Part shown: one piece after another, positions 13,101 to 24,589 of the stretch
Numbering within the stretch: the stretch's first letter is position 1
Layout of the letters: the number at the start of each line of letters is the position of its first letter
Source of the DNA: Stegostoma tigrinum
Taxonomy: Eukaryota
Direction: 5' to 3'
Assembly: GCF_030684315.1 (NCBI RefSeq)
Contig: NC_081371.1
Location: 51,156,390-51,220,389, forward strand
DNA: 64,000 bases
The notes under the pieces: model-generated
What the model was told of the DNA's origin: nothing
The model's input: only the letters and a program-made list of their open reading frames with translations
The model's database searches: none
Position numbers and translations under genes: made by a program

Positions 13101-16100
13101 GTTGGCTGTGGTAGTTCAGGAAACATTTAAAAGGTATGATGGTAGACAGGCAGTAGTTTGGATTTAAAGAATTAATGCATGCTTGAAAACAATTTTACAT
13201 TCCTTTTAATGTGGCCAAGTGCTGGAAAATGGGATAGGTGTAGATAGGTCAGTGCAAACTCAATGATCATTAGGGCCTCTTCTGTGCTGTGTGACTGTGA
13301 CTCTATAACACATAAATTCTGAATAGTGAAACGATTCTACTTTGACAAACAAGAACTTAAAGATTATGTTAGGTCAAAGGAAATGCTTTTAAACTTGTCC
13401 AAAAAAAAGTGTGCCTGGAAATTAGTATGCCTCAGAATTCAGCTAAGGAGGACTGAGGAACTGATAAAGGAAGGGAAAATAAAGCATCAATGTAAACTAG
13501 TGCAAACATAAACTATATAACATCGTACAATATGAAAAAACACTGACAGGTGTGGGTCTTAGAAGCAGGAGAATTTATAATGGCAAATAAGGAAATAGCA
13601 GCGAAATAATGCAAATACTTTGTCTTCATGGAGAAAAATACAAAATAACCTCCCACTGACATGGAGTGAAAATTAGTTAACTGAAACCAATAGAGATAAA
13701 TCTAGTAGAGTTAAATCAGCCACTCTCAGGTTGGCAGGCAGTGACTATTTAGATACTGCAAAGTATTTGGACCTCAGCTACTCAATCTATAATCAGTAAT
13801 TTGGATGTGGGGACCAAACATAATGTTTCCAAGTTGCTGGTGACCCATAACTAGGTGAGAATGTAAATTGTGTGGATACAAAGGGGCTTAAAGTAGGTTT
13901 AAACAGATTAAATGATTGTTCAAGTGCATGGCATGTGGGATGTAACATACAAAAATGTCAAGTTTTCTACTTTGATAGGAAAAAAAAAGAAATGCAGCAT
14001 TTTCTTTTTTAAAAAAAAATAAGAGTTGAGAAGTCTTGATGTCCAATGGGACCTTGGTATCCTTGTTAACAAAGTGTAGAGCTGGATGAACCTCTTGGTA
14101 TCCTTGTTCTTGAGTTACTGGAAATTAATGTGCAGATGCAGCAATCAGTTGAGAGGCAATTTTGAGCTGGCCTTTATCACTAGAGTTGTAAGTACGGGAA
14201 TAGTAATCTCTTGTTGCAGTTGTCTAAATCCTTGTTGAGATGACACCTTGCCCATGGATGGGGTGCAACGAAGGTTTGCCACACTGGTCTCTTGCATACT
14301 GGCATTGTCCTCTGGGAGACATTTAAAGTAGCTGGGCCTGTGTTTTCTGGTGTTTGAAAGAATGAGAGATAATCCCTTTGAAACATACAGAACTCCTGCA
14401 GGGTTCAACAGGGTAAGAGCAGGAAGGATATTTTCCCTCAATAAGGAGAGGAGCTATTTCGGACTGAGCAGGAATTTCTTCACTTATAAAAGCATAGAAC
14501 TCTACAGGGCGGAAAGAGGCCATTTGATCCATAGTCTGCACGAACCATCTGAAGAGCATCCCACCCAGACCCAGCCCTCTACCCCACTACCCCACATTTA
14601 CCATGACCAATCTACCTAGCTCTATGGATGATTTAGCATGACCAATCCACCTAACCTGCATATCTGTCGATTGTTGGAGAAAATCAAAACACCCAAAGGA
14701 AACCCAAGCAGGCAGTCGCCCAAGGCTGGAACCAAATCCATGTTACTGGCGCTGTGAGGCAGCAGTGCTAACCATTGAGCTGTCGTACCACACCTCAGGG
14801 CAATAAAACTTTGGCAGCCTTTACCCCAAAAGGCTGTGGAGGTTCTGATTTGAGAATGATCAACTCAGACAGAGATTTCTAGCTATAAAAGACATGAAGG
14901 GATATGGGGATAGTGTAGGAAATTGGTTAAAAAGTAGCATTCTGTGTAATTTTTCTTGCTGCTGCAAGGTACTCCAACGTCTGTATGCAACAGTGGCTTC
15001 CAGAAGCTAAATCCATGCAGTGACATGCTGATCAACGTGTATGGAACTTCCCAGCAGCTGCACGGCCACAGCTTAGAGGGAACGTTGGTTTCGAGGTAAA
15101 GAAACCATTATTTAGTTGAATGGCAAATAGCTTACTCCTAATTTCTATGTTCCACTGCTTCAAGAATACACTGAGAAATGCTTAAATGCAGGCTTTCCCT
15201 CTAACATGAAGAAAAGTATGAAGGAGAGAGTAAGTTATAACATTTGTATTGGAAACAGCTGTTAGTTACTCTTGTATTTTGTTGGCTTGCTTTAAATCTT
15301 CTATACTGGTGGCTAGAATAAGGCATTTTTGAGTGTCTGCCAAATCATTGTTTTTTTTCTACTTTTTGAAAATAGCATTTCTGAATTTGTTTTGAGTATC
15401 CTGAAGAATATAATATCTGGAAAGTTAGTTCAATGTTTTGGGTGAAAATTCCATCGAGAGCCTTTGGATATGATTGCACATTTCCTTAAGCAATGTGATA
15501 TGTTTCCTGTGAAAGTACATTTCAAAATGGAAGCATATGCTTGGCTTCCTCTTTGCTGCTGCTGAAAGTACTTAGAGCAGAATTGGGCACAATGTTGATG
15601 TTCTTTTTCCTTGTGGAATATGTTGCTAATCAATGCTGTCCCATAAATTATTGGATACTTCTGCGAGAGTAAGTAGCATGAGTGTAACTGCAGTATCTTT
15701 GTTAGTATGTGATAGTGAAAAGACTGTATTTTTCTTGCCTGAAGAAATTCTGCTGGAGCTGTGAAAGCTGAATGTCAAGTATTTTTACTTACTCATAACC
15801 TGCTGGTTATAATTTCCTTTCCATTCTAAGTTGAGTCTGTTGTTTGTTTTAGATTGGAATTAACCCAGGGTTGATGGCAGCATACAAAGGGCATCATTAC
15901 CCTGGACCAGGAAATCATTTTTGTAAGTTTTTGTATCTACACAAATTCTGTTGGCTGTTCTTAAGTCTTTTAGATATTTTAACATTTGTTTGAGTGGATT
16001 GTGTGATGAGCAAATCATACTGATTTTTACTGTTAGGTTTTTCAGAAGTGGACTATTGTCGTTTCTTAGTTATTATTCTCTAAGCTAGTTCATTTTATTA

Positions 16101-19100
16101 TGACTGTCTCTTACTTTATATTCACACTTTAACCTATACCTTTTTGTTTATAGGGAAATGCTTGTTTTTGTCTGGTCTTATTGATAAGCCTTTAAATCAT
16201 CTGGATGATGCTTCTTTACCAGAAAAGTATGGAATAGGTTTCACAAACATGGTAGAGAGAACTACTCCAGGAAGCAAGGACCTCAAAAGGTGATTCAGGA
16301 AAGCAAATTTAAAATTCATTTTTTGTTTCGGTTGGTACGAAAACATAATGTAAAAATTATTTGCATTTCAGCAAAGAGATTCGGGAAGGAGGAAAAATAC
16401 TTTTGCAAAAATTACAGAAATTTAAGCCACGAATTGCTGTGTTTAATGGGAAATGTAAGTACGCGTGAAAATTTTAAAAAGAAAGTTCCGACAATAACTT
16501 AATATTCAATTTTTTTTAAACTATGAATGTCGAGTTACCAGTACTGGGAAACCCAATTTCAATACAAAACACTCCCATTATGTATAGCACTGAATAAAGC
16601 TGCTTCTGACTTAACATGAGGACAATCAGTCTGTGACGAATGCCTCTGAAGTAAAAGGTCTCTGTACTTTCAGCTCCTCCCAGAATATGAGTTTATTGAG
16701 GTTATTGACTAGCTCGCCAAGCTGTCTTGTTCTCATTCAGACGTTTCATCACCCTGCTAGGTGACATCATCAATTGTGCCTCCGATGAAGAGGTGTTATT
16801 CTACTCCGCTTGGAATTTGTACTGTTTGGTCCATTATGCTGAGTAGTTCAGCAGGCAAATCAACAACCACATCCATATCCCAAGCTACAGATCTCTGCCA
16901 ACTGCTTACTATAATGGACCAAACAGTATAAATTCCAAGCGGAGTAGAATAACACCACTTCGTCGGAGGCACAATTGATGATGTCACCTAGCAGGGTGAT
17001 GAAATGTCTGAATGAGAACAAGACAGCCCGACGAGCAAGTCGATGACCTCACCCACGATTCTCTCTGTACTAATTGATATAAATACAGAGGGCATGTGCA
17101 TGGAAGACAACTTAAATTTATATTATCTGTCAAAAACAAATCACATTGAAAAGTTTCATTTTACACACCATTTACAGGCATCTATGAAATTTTTAGCAAA
17201 GAAGTTTTTGGAGTTAAGGTGAAGAAATTGGAGTTTGGGCAACAGCCGCACAAGATCCCTGAAGGAGAAACGGTAAGTACCTTAATATGATTTAATTTCC
17301 TTTGTACTTTTAAAATTTTGAAGTAAATAATGCTGTATTCCTATTTGGAGAACCCTTCTTCGCTTTCTCAAAGCCCCCAAACTTCTTGCTGTCTGATGAC
17401 TCTCGTCAGTGCCTCTTGAATCTTTGCTGTAGGGAAGAAAATCTTCACATCTTTTGATTAGTATTCATAGATTAGGTGAAAAAGTATTTCTAGAAGTTGG
17501 TATTTGTTTTATCAGTAGCTCTTCCGTATGCATTTTAATTCAGCACATGATGTCACAAACCTTCAGGGAAGAGTGTGCTTGTAATCAAACCCCACCATTT
17601 CATGAATGGGATATAAATGACCAACTGAATTACTATGGACAACAAGGTGTAGAGCTGGATGAACACAGCAGAGCAAGCAGCATCAGTGGAGCAGGCAGGC
17701 TGATGTTTCGGGCCTAGACCCTTCTTCAGAAAATCTTCTAACTGAACTACTAAGGTGATTAATTTGCCTGATATGACTCCTATCTACAACAAAATTAAAC
17801 TTAACTGGGTCTCATCAACAAGCAATAAACAAACATCCTATAACATGTGGGAAAACAAATTATTAATAACTACTGAGCATGCTTGAAGTACATTCTCTTT
17901 AAAGCACATTCATTCACAAATAGGAGCACCAAGACAGTTCTGCATGAACACCGTGGTGGAAAACTTGGGTAAAAAGGAGCCAGTTCTGTGGATCAAAAGT
18001 CTGTAGCTCAGGAGTGAAATGAAGTCCTCACAGTTATCATATAAGTCATAGAGTCATACGGCACGGAAACACACCCTTTAGTCCAACTTATCCATGCCAA
18101 CCAGACATCCCAGTCTGACCTAGTCCCATGTGCCAGCATTTGGCTCATATCCCAGTAAACCCTTGCTATTCATACAACCATTTAGATGCCTTTTTAAATG
18201 TTATAATTGTACCCACTGTCTCCATTTCCTCCAGCAGCTCATTCCATATACACACCCTACCCTCTGTTACCCCTCAGATCCTTTTTATGTCTTTTTTCCC
18301 CCTCACCTTAAACCCTATGCCCTCTAATTTTAGACTCGCTTCTCCAACCCCCCCCCCCCCCCCCCCCACCCTAGGAAAAATACCTTGGCTGTTGACCTTA
18401 TCCATGTCGCTTATGATTTTATAAACATCTAATTTTTCTTTTTGGAGATGAATCATATTGTTGATTGTAAGATGTTTGCAGATCCTTAGTTTGGTAGTCA
18501 GTCATTTGGACCTACAGCCATTACTTGAATGAAAAGTCATTTTCAGAATCTGAGTGGTGTTGCGAAGAACAAGAAAGAAAGAGATCTGTCTTTCTTGATG
18601 GCTTCTTGGAGGTCTACAACTTAAGTATCCAAAAGGTTTTTGCAAGGAAATGTTTCAGATCAAAGATACTTGACATCAGTTTATCTCTCAAAAGTTTCAA
18701 ACCTACTTTGCTAAAAGTTACATGACCTTACTTAACCAACAAGTGAACACCACAATGCTCTACTTTTGACCTTTGAATTGTGAAGAATATACCAGATACA
18801 TTCTCTGCAACAGCATGTTCCAAACACTCATTCTCCTTCTCACCTCCCCCCGCCCACCGCCGCCAACCCATTTATAAACTTTTTAAAGCACATCTTTACA
18901 ATTGCCAATTTTCATTATTTTAGGTCAAAAAATCTATTTCCTTAACAGAAACTTGAGTTTTCCTTTAACTGATCTTCACTTTGCTGAAGGGAATCATCTG
19001 TGGTGTCTTAGTCCAGTGATTTTTTTTTTCAAGATTACATTTGTTCCTTTTCACAATACTTTCCCACATGGTAATCCATAAACTTATCCTGGCCAGTGAT

Positions 19101-22100
19101 AAATCAAGATTAAGTGCAGAATCACTTGCTTCTCTGCAATTTCAGATTGATTTGGGAAAGAGGGGGTAAATAAACAATTTTCTTTAATTCCTTTTGTCTA
19201 CCAACCTCCATTCTCCTCAACTCGAACAGCACTTTTCGTTGTCTAACTGTCCAGTCTATCATTGAACTTGCTCATTACGAAACACAAAACAAGTTGGGTT
19301 TATGTCTTTTTTCAAAGTATCTTATCTAAATTTGAGTAAAATTTTGCCTACCCTTCCAATTGCCTTTAAGTTCTGTATTCTCTGACTTTGATTTGCCTTG
19401 AGTTCTCCATTTTTTTAAAAAATATTAGAGTATCATTACTCTCATTTTTTCTGTTAATGCCACCTTCACCTCAAATGTGCTGGCTGCGTAAGTCTTCCTC
19501 TTGCTGTTACATTTTCCTGATAATGAAATTTCTTCAGAGACAAATACATTGCTTTAACTTTATTTCCAAGGTGGTCTATGTCATGCCTTCTTCAAGTGCA
19601 AGGTGTGCGCAGTTTCCTCGGGCCCAGGACAAGGTACATTATTATATCAAGCTAAAAGAACTACGAAATCACTTGAAGGGCATTAAAACTCCTACAGAGG
19701 TCACTGAAGTAGAATACTCATTTGACTTGCAAAAAGCTCAAGGTAAGTTGCCTGTAGTTGTAATTCGGATGAAAAGTCTTTAAGAGCAACCCGTGTCTAT
19801 AACTTTTTTAAAAGTTTATTTCTTCTATTTACCAACTTCTGGTGAATTTTTTTTGATGGCACTGACTTGCTTAGATTGATTGATTGAAGTCCTACTTTCA
19901 ATTGCACAGCAACTAGGTATTAACATAGATTTATACAGCGCAGAAACAGACCAATCCAACTTGTCCATGCCGATCAGATATCCTGAACTGATCTAGTCCC
20001 ATTTGCCATGATTTAGCCCATTTTCCTTTAAACCCTTCCTATTTTTAAACCCATCTAGAAGCCTTTTGAATATTGTAGTTGTACCTGTCTACACTACCTC
20101 TGCCAGTTTATTCCATGCATACACCACCCTCTGCGTTAAAAAAAAGTTGCCCCTCAGGTCCCTTTTAAATCTTTCTCCCTCTCACCTTAAACCTATGCCC
20201 TCCAGTTTTGGACTCCACTACCCAGGGAAAAGGGCCTTGGGATTCACCCTATCCATGTCCCTCATAATTTTATAAACCTCTGAGGTCACCCCTCAGCCTT
20301 TGATGTTCCAGGGAAAATAGCCCCAGCCCAGTCATTCGCTCTCTATAGTTCAAACTCTCCAATCCCAGCAAAACTCTGGTCAATCTTTTGTGAACCTTTT
20401 CAAGTTTAACAACATCTATCCTACAGCAGAGAAACCAGAACTTAACATGGTATTCTAAAAGTGGCCTCACCAATGAAGGCAAACTTGCTAAATGCTGCCT
20501 TCGCCACCCTGTCTACCTGTGACTCCACTTGCAAGGAGCTAAGCACCTGCACCCCAATGTCTGTTTGTTTGGCAATACTCCTGAGAACCTTACCATTAGG
20601 TGTTTAAGTCCTGCCCTGGTTTGCCTTACCAAACTGCAAAGCCTCACGTTTATCTAAATTAAGTTTGATCTGCAGCTGCTCGGCCCTTGGGCACATCTGA
20701 TCAGCGTTCCATCGTACTGAGATAGTCATCATCACTGTCTACTGCACCACCACTTTTGGTGCGATCTGCAAACTTAACAACTATTCTTCCATTATTCACC
20801 TCCAAATAAATGATGAAAAGCAATGGACCCAGCACCAATCCTTGTGGCACTCTGCTAGTCAGAGGCCACCAGTCCGAAAAACAACCCTATACCACCACCC
20901 TCTGTGTGCTACCTTCAAGCTAATTTTATATTCCAGTCAGCTGACTATTTCTTCTCTTCCCACCCCACCCCGGATCCAGTACAAAGCAAAGCACGTTTGA
21001 AGAATACGTGACCAGATACAGTAAGCTCCTGTAATGTCATTTTTAAGGACATTCAGAACATAATTCTAGTTTTAGGAGTTAATAACCTGTTTACTAGTGC
21101 ACAAATTCACTCGACAGCCTATCAATATATAATGACATATCTTAAAAATAATGAATTCCCTGAAATGAATCCCATTCTTGTGGAAGGATTTTTGAACTTT
21201 AGAGCTTTGCATGTGAATTCTGTTGCATTCTGCTTTTCAAGAAAATTTAAATTCACACACTGATGTATGCATGGGTGTATATTATAACTGAGAATTCATG
21301 CCAGAAAAGAGTGTTAATCCTTTTTCTCTATATCCTTTAAATCCACTATCTGAAACTAGGTTAGACTAATTTTCAAAAATGCAATTGATCTACAAAAAAG
21401 AAATAAACCAGCCTTTTTAAGATGATAGGAAACCTTAATTCTGTGACCTCAGCTCATATGATTAGAGATTTTTGTCTGCCATTTAAACATGAAACTGATG
21501 AATTAAAATCAATGTCTGGAATAAAAGCTCAAAACTAGAACTTCAATAAATATGCCAATTCTGCTCAATCTCTCTTCGTTTCAGTAATACAAAGATCTTT
21601 AATTAGAGCTGACCTTTTCTTTGCTGAAGGATATAAGTCAACATTTTCCAACCTTATTGCTTGGGAGGCCACATTACAATTTTACACTCATTTGGGAGTG
21701 GGTAGGCAAATTTCAGAATGATGAGGTGGTCATAAGTATGAATTTCAGGGGACAATGTCTAAGATAATAGGCAATGCTTTGTAGATGCCGTTTTGGGGGA
21801 TGGGGGTTGGAAGAGAAGACTGGTTGGGTATGTCACTAAATCTCACCCAGCTGCTCAGTTAGTTGACCTGTCACTCACCCAGCCAGCCAGCTATTCTAGG
21901 CTGTAATCACCTTAGGGTTTGGCTGGTATGCACCTAGCCAGCAGGCAGGTGAGCGCATGGCTTGTTGAATGAGACACAGTCAGCCTTCTCCTCCTCATCA
22001 AGATCTCCCTGTCTCCCCTCTCTCAGAGGTCACTAAGGGGTCTTGAGGCTCGCCTTATGTACCTATGGTCCTTCTTTGGATAATAAATACTTTCACTCAA

Positions 22101-24589
22101 TGTTGCTAATTGGAAAGCTGCTGTTGCCTAATGAAGAGTTGATGTACCAGCAAAATGCTAATAACTGAAAAAAACTGTCCTTTCTAGGGCCTTTGAATAT
22201 TTTAATTGAATTCCTTGTGACAAAACGCACGTCCGATACCAGTCCCACCGGTAGAAATATTTCCTCGTGAATCAGTAGAATTATCGCTGTCACTTGCTGC
22301 CTGGGATGATGGTCAAGCAAATAGTACATGAGCATTTGCTAATGTTGTTTTGTTAAGGCACAGGTTTGACTAATATTTGCACCCCCCATGCCCCACCACC
22401 CCGCAGCAGCCGGAGGCTCATTCCAAACAAGGCAGTGTCTCACGGTTCCCATTATGCTACAGTCCCCAGCCTCTGGCTGATTCAAAGCACATGTTTTTGC
22501 ACTTTGCTCCTGCGATTACATGTAATTCCTCTCCCACATTTACTGCTGATCGTCATTCTAGTAAACTAGAGCATGATAAGAGAAAAATGACCTCCGATTG
22601 CAGGAGCAGCTCTGTTAAAAATCCCGACAAATGTAATCGGAACATTTTGAACAAAGGCTCGGCAAGCCAAGGTGAACCCCTTGCTGGGCTGCATGGTGAC
22701 TTTTGGTCTACCTGTTGGGCAAGCCCAATACAGATGTAAGTGGTTATTAAATTAATGCAGTCTGTGGGAAAATCTGCCATCAATCAGGCACTTATCCATG
22801 ACGAAACAAAGGAAAATATGCCCAAATAGTCATAATTGCAACATGCAGTGTTACCATAACTTACTACTTGTAACCATTGTAACTTTATAGCCAGTTTCTA
22901 CAGAAGTTAAAGTTAATTTGTTGTCAGTTTTCACTGATGGAATATTGAATTCCAGTTAATCGGGCAAGCTGATTCCTGGTCTTCTGTTTTATTTGTCCAG
23001 AATGGTTAAGGTTTTGGTTTGTTCATAAGTTGTAGTAGTATATTAAATTTGTTCTTTAAATTCATAGTTTTTTTTATTATTTGTTTAAAAAAAACTTTAC
23101 TGTACAATGTTCTAATTTGTCTATTAGCGGAAGCCAAGAAAATGGCAATTAAAGAGGAAATGTATGACCCTGGATATGAAGCTGCTTATGGTGGGTCATA
23201 CATTGAAAAATCCACTGAAATCAATGGGCAGTGCAGTTTTGCTACAACTGAACTAGGTAAATGAGCAAAATGATTTCATTGTGAGTAAATCATCATGGTG
23301 TTTTATATTTCATATTGATGTAATTTGTATACCGAATGCTAAACGTTAACCTGCAGGATACTACTATAAGAAAATATATAACTCTTCGGCATTTTAAAAT
23401 ATTGCTAGTGAAGGAAGACTGCTATCCCTTTCGCATACTCTCATTTTACTCTTAGAACAAAACAATTTTGTATATTAAATTATTTTTGGAGAAAGGATTC
23501 AATCTTTGTTGTGATTTCTAACCACACTGGTTTCTAGTTGAACCTTGCATGTGCAGCCTGGTAATCCCTCCCAAGGATCCATTTGTCCCTGTTTTCAAAA
23601 AAAAATTGAAGATTTCAGGATATGAAAACCTAAAGCGATGATGTATTCTATCATATATAATTTGTGCTAAGGTCTGCATTACTTAAAAATATGTAGGCAT
23701 CAGTTTTATTACAAGGAAGTAGTGACTAAATACATTTGGCCAATAAGCAATTTTAGATTGTCTATAGCAGAGATCCCAGAAATGCAGCCTGCATGTAAAG
23801 CAGGGGTTATATTCAAAACAAAAGTTCTGCTGAAATGATAATTTAGTGGCTGTAGAACAGAATTCCTGCAAAGATTGTGTCATTTAATTTTAAACAGGTC
23901 TCTTGCGGCAAACACATTTGGAATACAGGAGATGAGGAATTCAATACAAGACATGTAAATAGCAGGGGGTGCAGTTGGCATATGACTTTAGACCTTATAG
24001 CTTCCAAACTTACAGCAGAGGTTGTTTATCTGTTACTTCTGTATTTGTTGTAAACTAGTTTAAAGGATTGCTAACTAATTTTTCTTTAGTCTCTCATTGT
24101 TGTATCATGGAAACAAAAGTAATCAAGCTGGAGGACCTTTGGTATTTTTTCATCTAGCAGTTCTTTTGGTAATTTAAAGTTAAAAATATAGTGCAGAACT
24201 TAATGAATCCCATGATGACTCCAGATGGTTTCCTGATGTTTGTCTTAAAATTGTATGATGTTGAAAATGTTACCTATTTTTTGTAACGTCAATATTAAAT
24301 GATATCATGTTGATTTTACATCCTCCACTTCAATATTTTTTGACTATAGTCATATTTATTTCTATGTACAACACTACATGTTCTCGGTACGTTTTCTAAT
24401 TTACTTCAGAAAATATTAAATTGCTTTGACTAAATTTGTTTTACAGGTGCAACCAACAATTCCGAGTTCAACACTGATTCAATGTTTTGCCAAGTTCCTG
24501 ATGGCCAGTGGATGACCCAATCGTTTGCTGATCAAATTCCTTCAATCAGCAATTACTGCACAGAGTCTCAAGAAGAAAATAGCACATAA
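4053..24589 (+). CDS. TDG: G/T mismatch-specific thymine DNA glycosylase; join(4053-4111,4266-4378,9145-9392,15853-15922,16154-16289,16372-16454,17178-17272,19571-19742,23128-23256,24447-24589), 1248 nt, 415 aa
   Basis: Spliced translation matches vertebrate TDG: [107 protein letters not shown]; all introns GT-AG with consistent phases. Confidence 0.96.
4266..4378 (+). CDS. TDG: TDG coding exon 2
   Basis: Polypyrimidine tract and cctag acceptor; [15 protein letters not shown]...; donor G|gtaagc. Confidence 0.85.
4540..5600 (-). mobile_element. Old L2-clade LINE relic
   Basis: Minus-strand RT remnants GCPQES.. and [11 protein letters not shown] (degenerate YADD region). Confidence 0.6.
5745..6350 (+). 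mobile_element. CR1 LINE RT fragment followed by a CR1 3' end
   Basis: [19 protein letters not shown] and SKFADDTK motifs with frameshifts; tail ggggccagatggcctactcctgttcgtaattcttatgttctt. Confidence 0.85.
6667..7110 (-). mobile_element. HE1/V-SINE-like SINE plus a second 5' head
   Basis: Reverse complement of the 2030 family; a second tRNA-like head at 7020-7110. Confidence 0.85.
7140..7270 (+). mobile_element. Penelope-like hammerhead-motif element (family B), degenerate
   Basis: gactcgaaacattaact...cagacctgctgagcttttccagcaacttctgtttttg, same family as 12770 and 32538. Confidence 0.65.
8123..8254 (-). mobile_element. Penelope-like hammerhead-motif element (family A)
   Basis: Minus strand reads CTCTCTGATGAAGGGTCTAAGCCCGAAACGTCAGC followed by the family A body. 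Confidence 0.8.
8800..9000. mobile_element. Old inverted-pair element (family B-like)
   Basis: Arms gaatgctggagaaact..caggtctgg and ccagacctg..tttccctagcattc around gaaacgttaa. Confidence 0.6.
9145..9392 (+). CDS. TDG: TDG coding exon 3 (basic region, PIP degron, start of catalytic domain)
   Basis: tcag|cag tandem acceptor (alternative start 9148); KRKRGRPP...[20 protein letters not shown]...LDIVI; donor gtaagt. Confidence 0.95.
10560..10900 (+). mobile_element. HE1/V-SINE-like SINE
   Basis: ggcagcatggtggctcagtggttggcactgctgcctca...ggttcaat; CR1-like tail. Confidence 0.85.
11270..11760 (-). mobile_element. LINE 3' fragment (partner of SINE family 2)
   Basis: Same family as 27030 and 37540; ends in the gggatgggcaacaaatg..ggcattgccag tail shared with SINE family 2. 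Confidence 0.65.
12770..12994. mobile_element. Inverted-pair hammerhead-motif element (family B) with TSD
   Basis: Long inverted arms; core CTGAGGAAGGGTCACTGGACCTGAAAC; flanks tttagaaaagagtga (12755-12769) and tttaggaaagagtga (12995-13009). Confidence 0.8.
14068..14093 (-). mobile_element. 26-nt family A micro-insertion with 15-bp TSD
   Basis: aacaaagtgtagagctggatgaacct flanked by the perfect direct repeat cttggtatccttgtt (14053-14067, 14094-14108). Confidence 0.75.
14490..14795 (-). mobile_element. HE1/V-SINE-like SINE
   Basis: Reverse-complement copy with tRNA head ggcgctgtgaggcagcagtgctaaccattgagc. Confidence 0.8.
15853..15922 (+). CDS. TDG: TDG coding exon 4 (catalytic GINPG motif)
   Basis: ttttag|[23 protein letters not shown]|gtaagt, 70 nt. 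Confidence 0.97.
16154..16289 (+). CDS. TDG: TDG coding exon 5
   Basis: tatag|[45 protein letters not shown]|gtgatt, 136 nt. Confidence 0.96.
16372..16454 (+). CDS. TDG: TDG coding exon 6
   Basis: ttcag|[28 protein letters not shown]|gtaagt, 83 nt. Confidence 0.96.
16697..17051. mobile_element. Long inverted-repeat element (family C, hammerhead-like core in both arms)
   Basis: Arms of about 140 bp (16697-16837 and 16911-17051); each contains TGATGATGTCACCTAGCAGGGTGATGAAAYGTC. Confidence 0.85.
17178..17272 (+). CDS. TDG: TDG coding exon 7
   Basis: tacag|[32 protein letters not shown]|gtaagt, 95 nt. Confidence 0.96.
17639..17739 (-). mobile_element. Family A element with imperfect TSD
   Basis: Family A body; flanks aactgaattactatgg (17623-17638) and aactgaactactaagg (17740-17755). 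Confidence 0.75.
18045..18430 (-). mobile_element. CR1 LINE 3' end containing a C20 homopolymer (18348-18367)
   Basis: Minus ORF remnant [24 protein letters not shown]; tail gtcatagagtcata. Confidence 0.8.
19571..19742 (+). CDS. TDG: TDG coding exon 8 (SSAR base-flipping loop, SIM region)
   Basis: ccaag|[37 protein letters not shown]...YSFDLQKAQ|gtaagt, 172 nt. Confidence 0.97.
19925..20930 (-). mobile_element. CR1 LINE 3' portion
   Basis: [10 protein letters not shown] and [14 protein letters not shown] on - strand; FAD motif remnant near 20770. Confidence 0.85.
23128..23256 (+). CDS. TDG: TDG coding exon 9 (SUMO consensus IKEE)
   Basis: attag|[25 protein letters not shown]...|gtaaat, 129 nt. 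Confidence 0.95.
   Translation, partial: RKPRKWQLKRKCMTLDMKLLMVGHTLKNPLKSMGSAVLLQLN
24447..24589 (+). CDS. TDG: TDG coding exon 10 (last), stop TAA 24587-24589
   Basis: ttacag|GATNNSEF...[32 protein letters not shown]. Confidence 0.93.

Larger units (their letters stand above)
11900..14930 (+). mobile_element. Highly decayed CR1-type LINE interrupted by younger insertions
   Basis: Scattered remnants (tataggccccctaaacag, aatgtttccaagttgctggtgac, gagtacgggaatag, aggaatttcttcact); split by inserts at 12770, 14068 and 14490. Confidence 0.55.
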
